Positions 62,922 to 64,000 of a stretch of DNA of 64,000 nucleotides are shown here, piece after piece. The translations under genes were made by a program, and so were the position numbers. Source of the stretch: an uncultured Fibrobacteria bacterium (GTDB lineage: Bacteria; Fibrobacterota; Fibrobacteria; UBA11236); assembly GCA_963716395.1 (NCBI GenBank), contig OY970309.1, forward strand, positions 288,001-352,000, in the 5' to 3' direction. How positions within the stretch are numbered: position 1 is the first letter of the stretch; each line of letters opens with the position of its first letter. Under the pieces are notes generated by a model, which did not search any database, was not told the origin of the DNA, and worked only from the letters and a program-made list of their open reading frames with translations.

Positions 62922-64000
62922 TCATCGAACTCCACGGGATGCCTGCACCGCCTGGGCCACGGCTTCGACCACCGGCGGAGTCTCTTCAGAGGTGTTGCCG
63001 CGTCCCAAGGAAAAGCGCAGCGAAGACGAGGCTTCTTCTGCACTTTTGCCCATGGCCAAAAGCACGGCCGACGGCTTTACCGACCCCGAGGCGCAGGCCG
63101 ACCCGGCGGACACTGCGATCCCGCGCAGGTCCAGGGCCATGACCAGAACGTCGGAGCGACAGCCGGCGAAGGCGATCTGCAAGGTATTCGGCAAGCGCGG
63201 AGCGTTTTCGGCCTGCACGCGCACGTCATCGACCCGCTGCCGCAAGGCCTGCTCCAAAGCGTCGCGCAAGGTTCGCAGGCGAGTCCGCTCCGCCTCACCC
63301 TGCTCCCGCCACCATTGGGCCGCGGCCCCGAAGCCTGCAATGCCGGGCGTGTTTTCGGTGCCGCCGCGCCGGCCGCGTTCTTGCGCCCCGCCGGTCATTT
63401 GCGGTTCCAGGTCAGCGCCTTTGCGCAGGAAGAGGGCGCCCACGCCCTTGGGTCCGCCGATTTTATGGGCCGCGAAGGCGGCCGCATCCGCGGACCAATC
63501 TGAAATGCGGACCGGAATTTTGCCCAGGGCCTGGGTCGCGTCGACAAAGAAAGTCACGCCGCGCCCGTGGAGCAACGCACCAATCTCGGCCACGGGCTGC
63601 AGGGCCCCGGTTTCGTTGTTGGCGGCCATCACCGCGCATATGGCGGTGTCGGGTCGTAACATAGAAGCTACGGACTCCGCAGCCACCACCCCTTCCCCAT
63701 CCGGCGAAACCCAATCGCAGACCCAGCCTTCGCGTTCCAGCATTTTGGCCGCGCCGCGCACGGCCGGATGTTCGATGGCGCTTACGATGAGGTGCCGTCC
63801 GCGCGCCGTCGACGCCCGCGCCAGACCCAGCAGGCCCAGATGACAGGCTTCGGTGCCGCCGCCGGTGAACACGATTTCAGCGGGTTGCGCCGCAATCAGC
63901 GCGGCGAAGGCTTCGCGGGCCTCTGCGACGGTTTGTCGCGCCGCGCGGCCCGCGGCGTGCAGGCTCGAAGGGTTGCCCCAGGCCGTTTCCGCCGCCCGCG
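62922..64000 (-). CDS. Cysteine desulfurase (IscS/NifS class I); 5' end outside the window
   Basis: GNPSSLH, FTGGGTE, EHPAV, ANNETG, DATQ, AHKIGGPKG, R.GTEN, SAGSACASG, LRFSLG. Confidence 0.93.
   Translation of the reverse strand, partial: RAAETAWGNPSSLHAAGRAARQTVAEAREAFAALIAAQPAEIVFTGGGTEACHLGLLGLARASTARGRHLIVSAIEHPAVRGAAKMLEREGWVCDWVSPDGEGVVAAESVASMLRPDTAICAVMAANNETGALQPVAEIGALLHGRGVTFFVDATQALGKIPVRISDWSADAAAFAAHKIGGPKGVGALFLRKGADLEPQMTGGAQERGRRGGTENTPGIAGFGAAAQWWREQGEAERTRLRTLRDALEQALRQRVDDVRVQAENAPRLPNTLQIAFAGCRSDVLVMALDLRGIAVSAGSACASGSVKPSAVLLAMGKSAEEASSSLRFSLGRGNTSEETPPVVEAVAQAVQASRGVR

Overview
A gene-dense, GC-rich chromosomal window from a Gram-negative bacterium. Gene content suggests Fibrobacterota or another FCB-group lineage (inference, no database search). 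Left to right: a partial TonB-dependent-receptor-like gene; serS, a sensor kinase, a porX-like regulator and tsaE; a divergent lipid-transport locus (TolC and MlaC opposite STAS-MlaE, MlaF, MlaD, a PqiC-like lipoprotein and an unknown beta-barrel); a glycosyltransferase. Next is a ~14 kb nitrate island in two units, each behind a sigma-54 promoter: nrtABCD-moeA-moaA-moaC-mobA-moaD-moaE-tauE, then a fused FeS/DmsC membrane anchor, a NarB-like nitrate reductase and narM. After that come a T9SS-like secreted protein, cysE, pdxB, a RIC-like protein and ppdK; the lolCE-lolD-mcsA-mcsB-clpC-bamA-skp-lpxD-lpxC-fabZ-lpxA cluster; an apparently inserted cadherin-repeat lipoprotein with a frameshifted LamG tip; and lysS, prfB (+1 frameshift), hisF, hisH, bioB and a partial cysteine desulfurase. 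No rRNA, tRNA, CRISPR array or transposase was seen. Best leads: (1) a two-block, self-complementary leader shared by both sigma-54 nitrate transcripts; (2) a membrane-anchored, possibly quinol-fed assimilatory-type nitrate reductase; (3) a hybrid MCE system; (4) apparently inactive PorX-PglZ and McsB enzymes. Family calls rest on motif recognition by eye, and refined start codons are best guesses.
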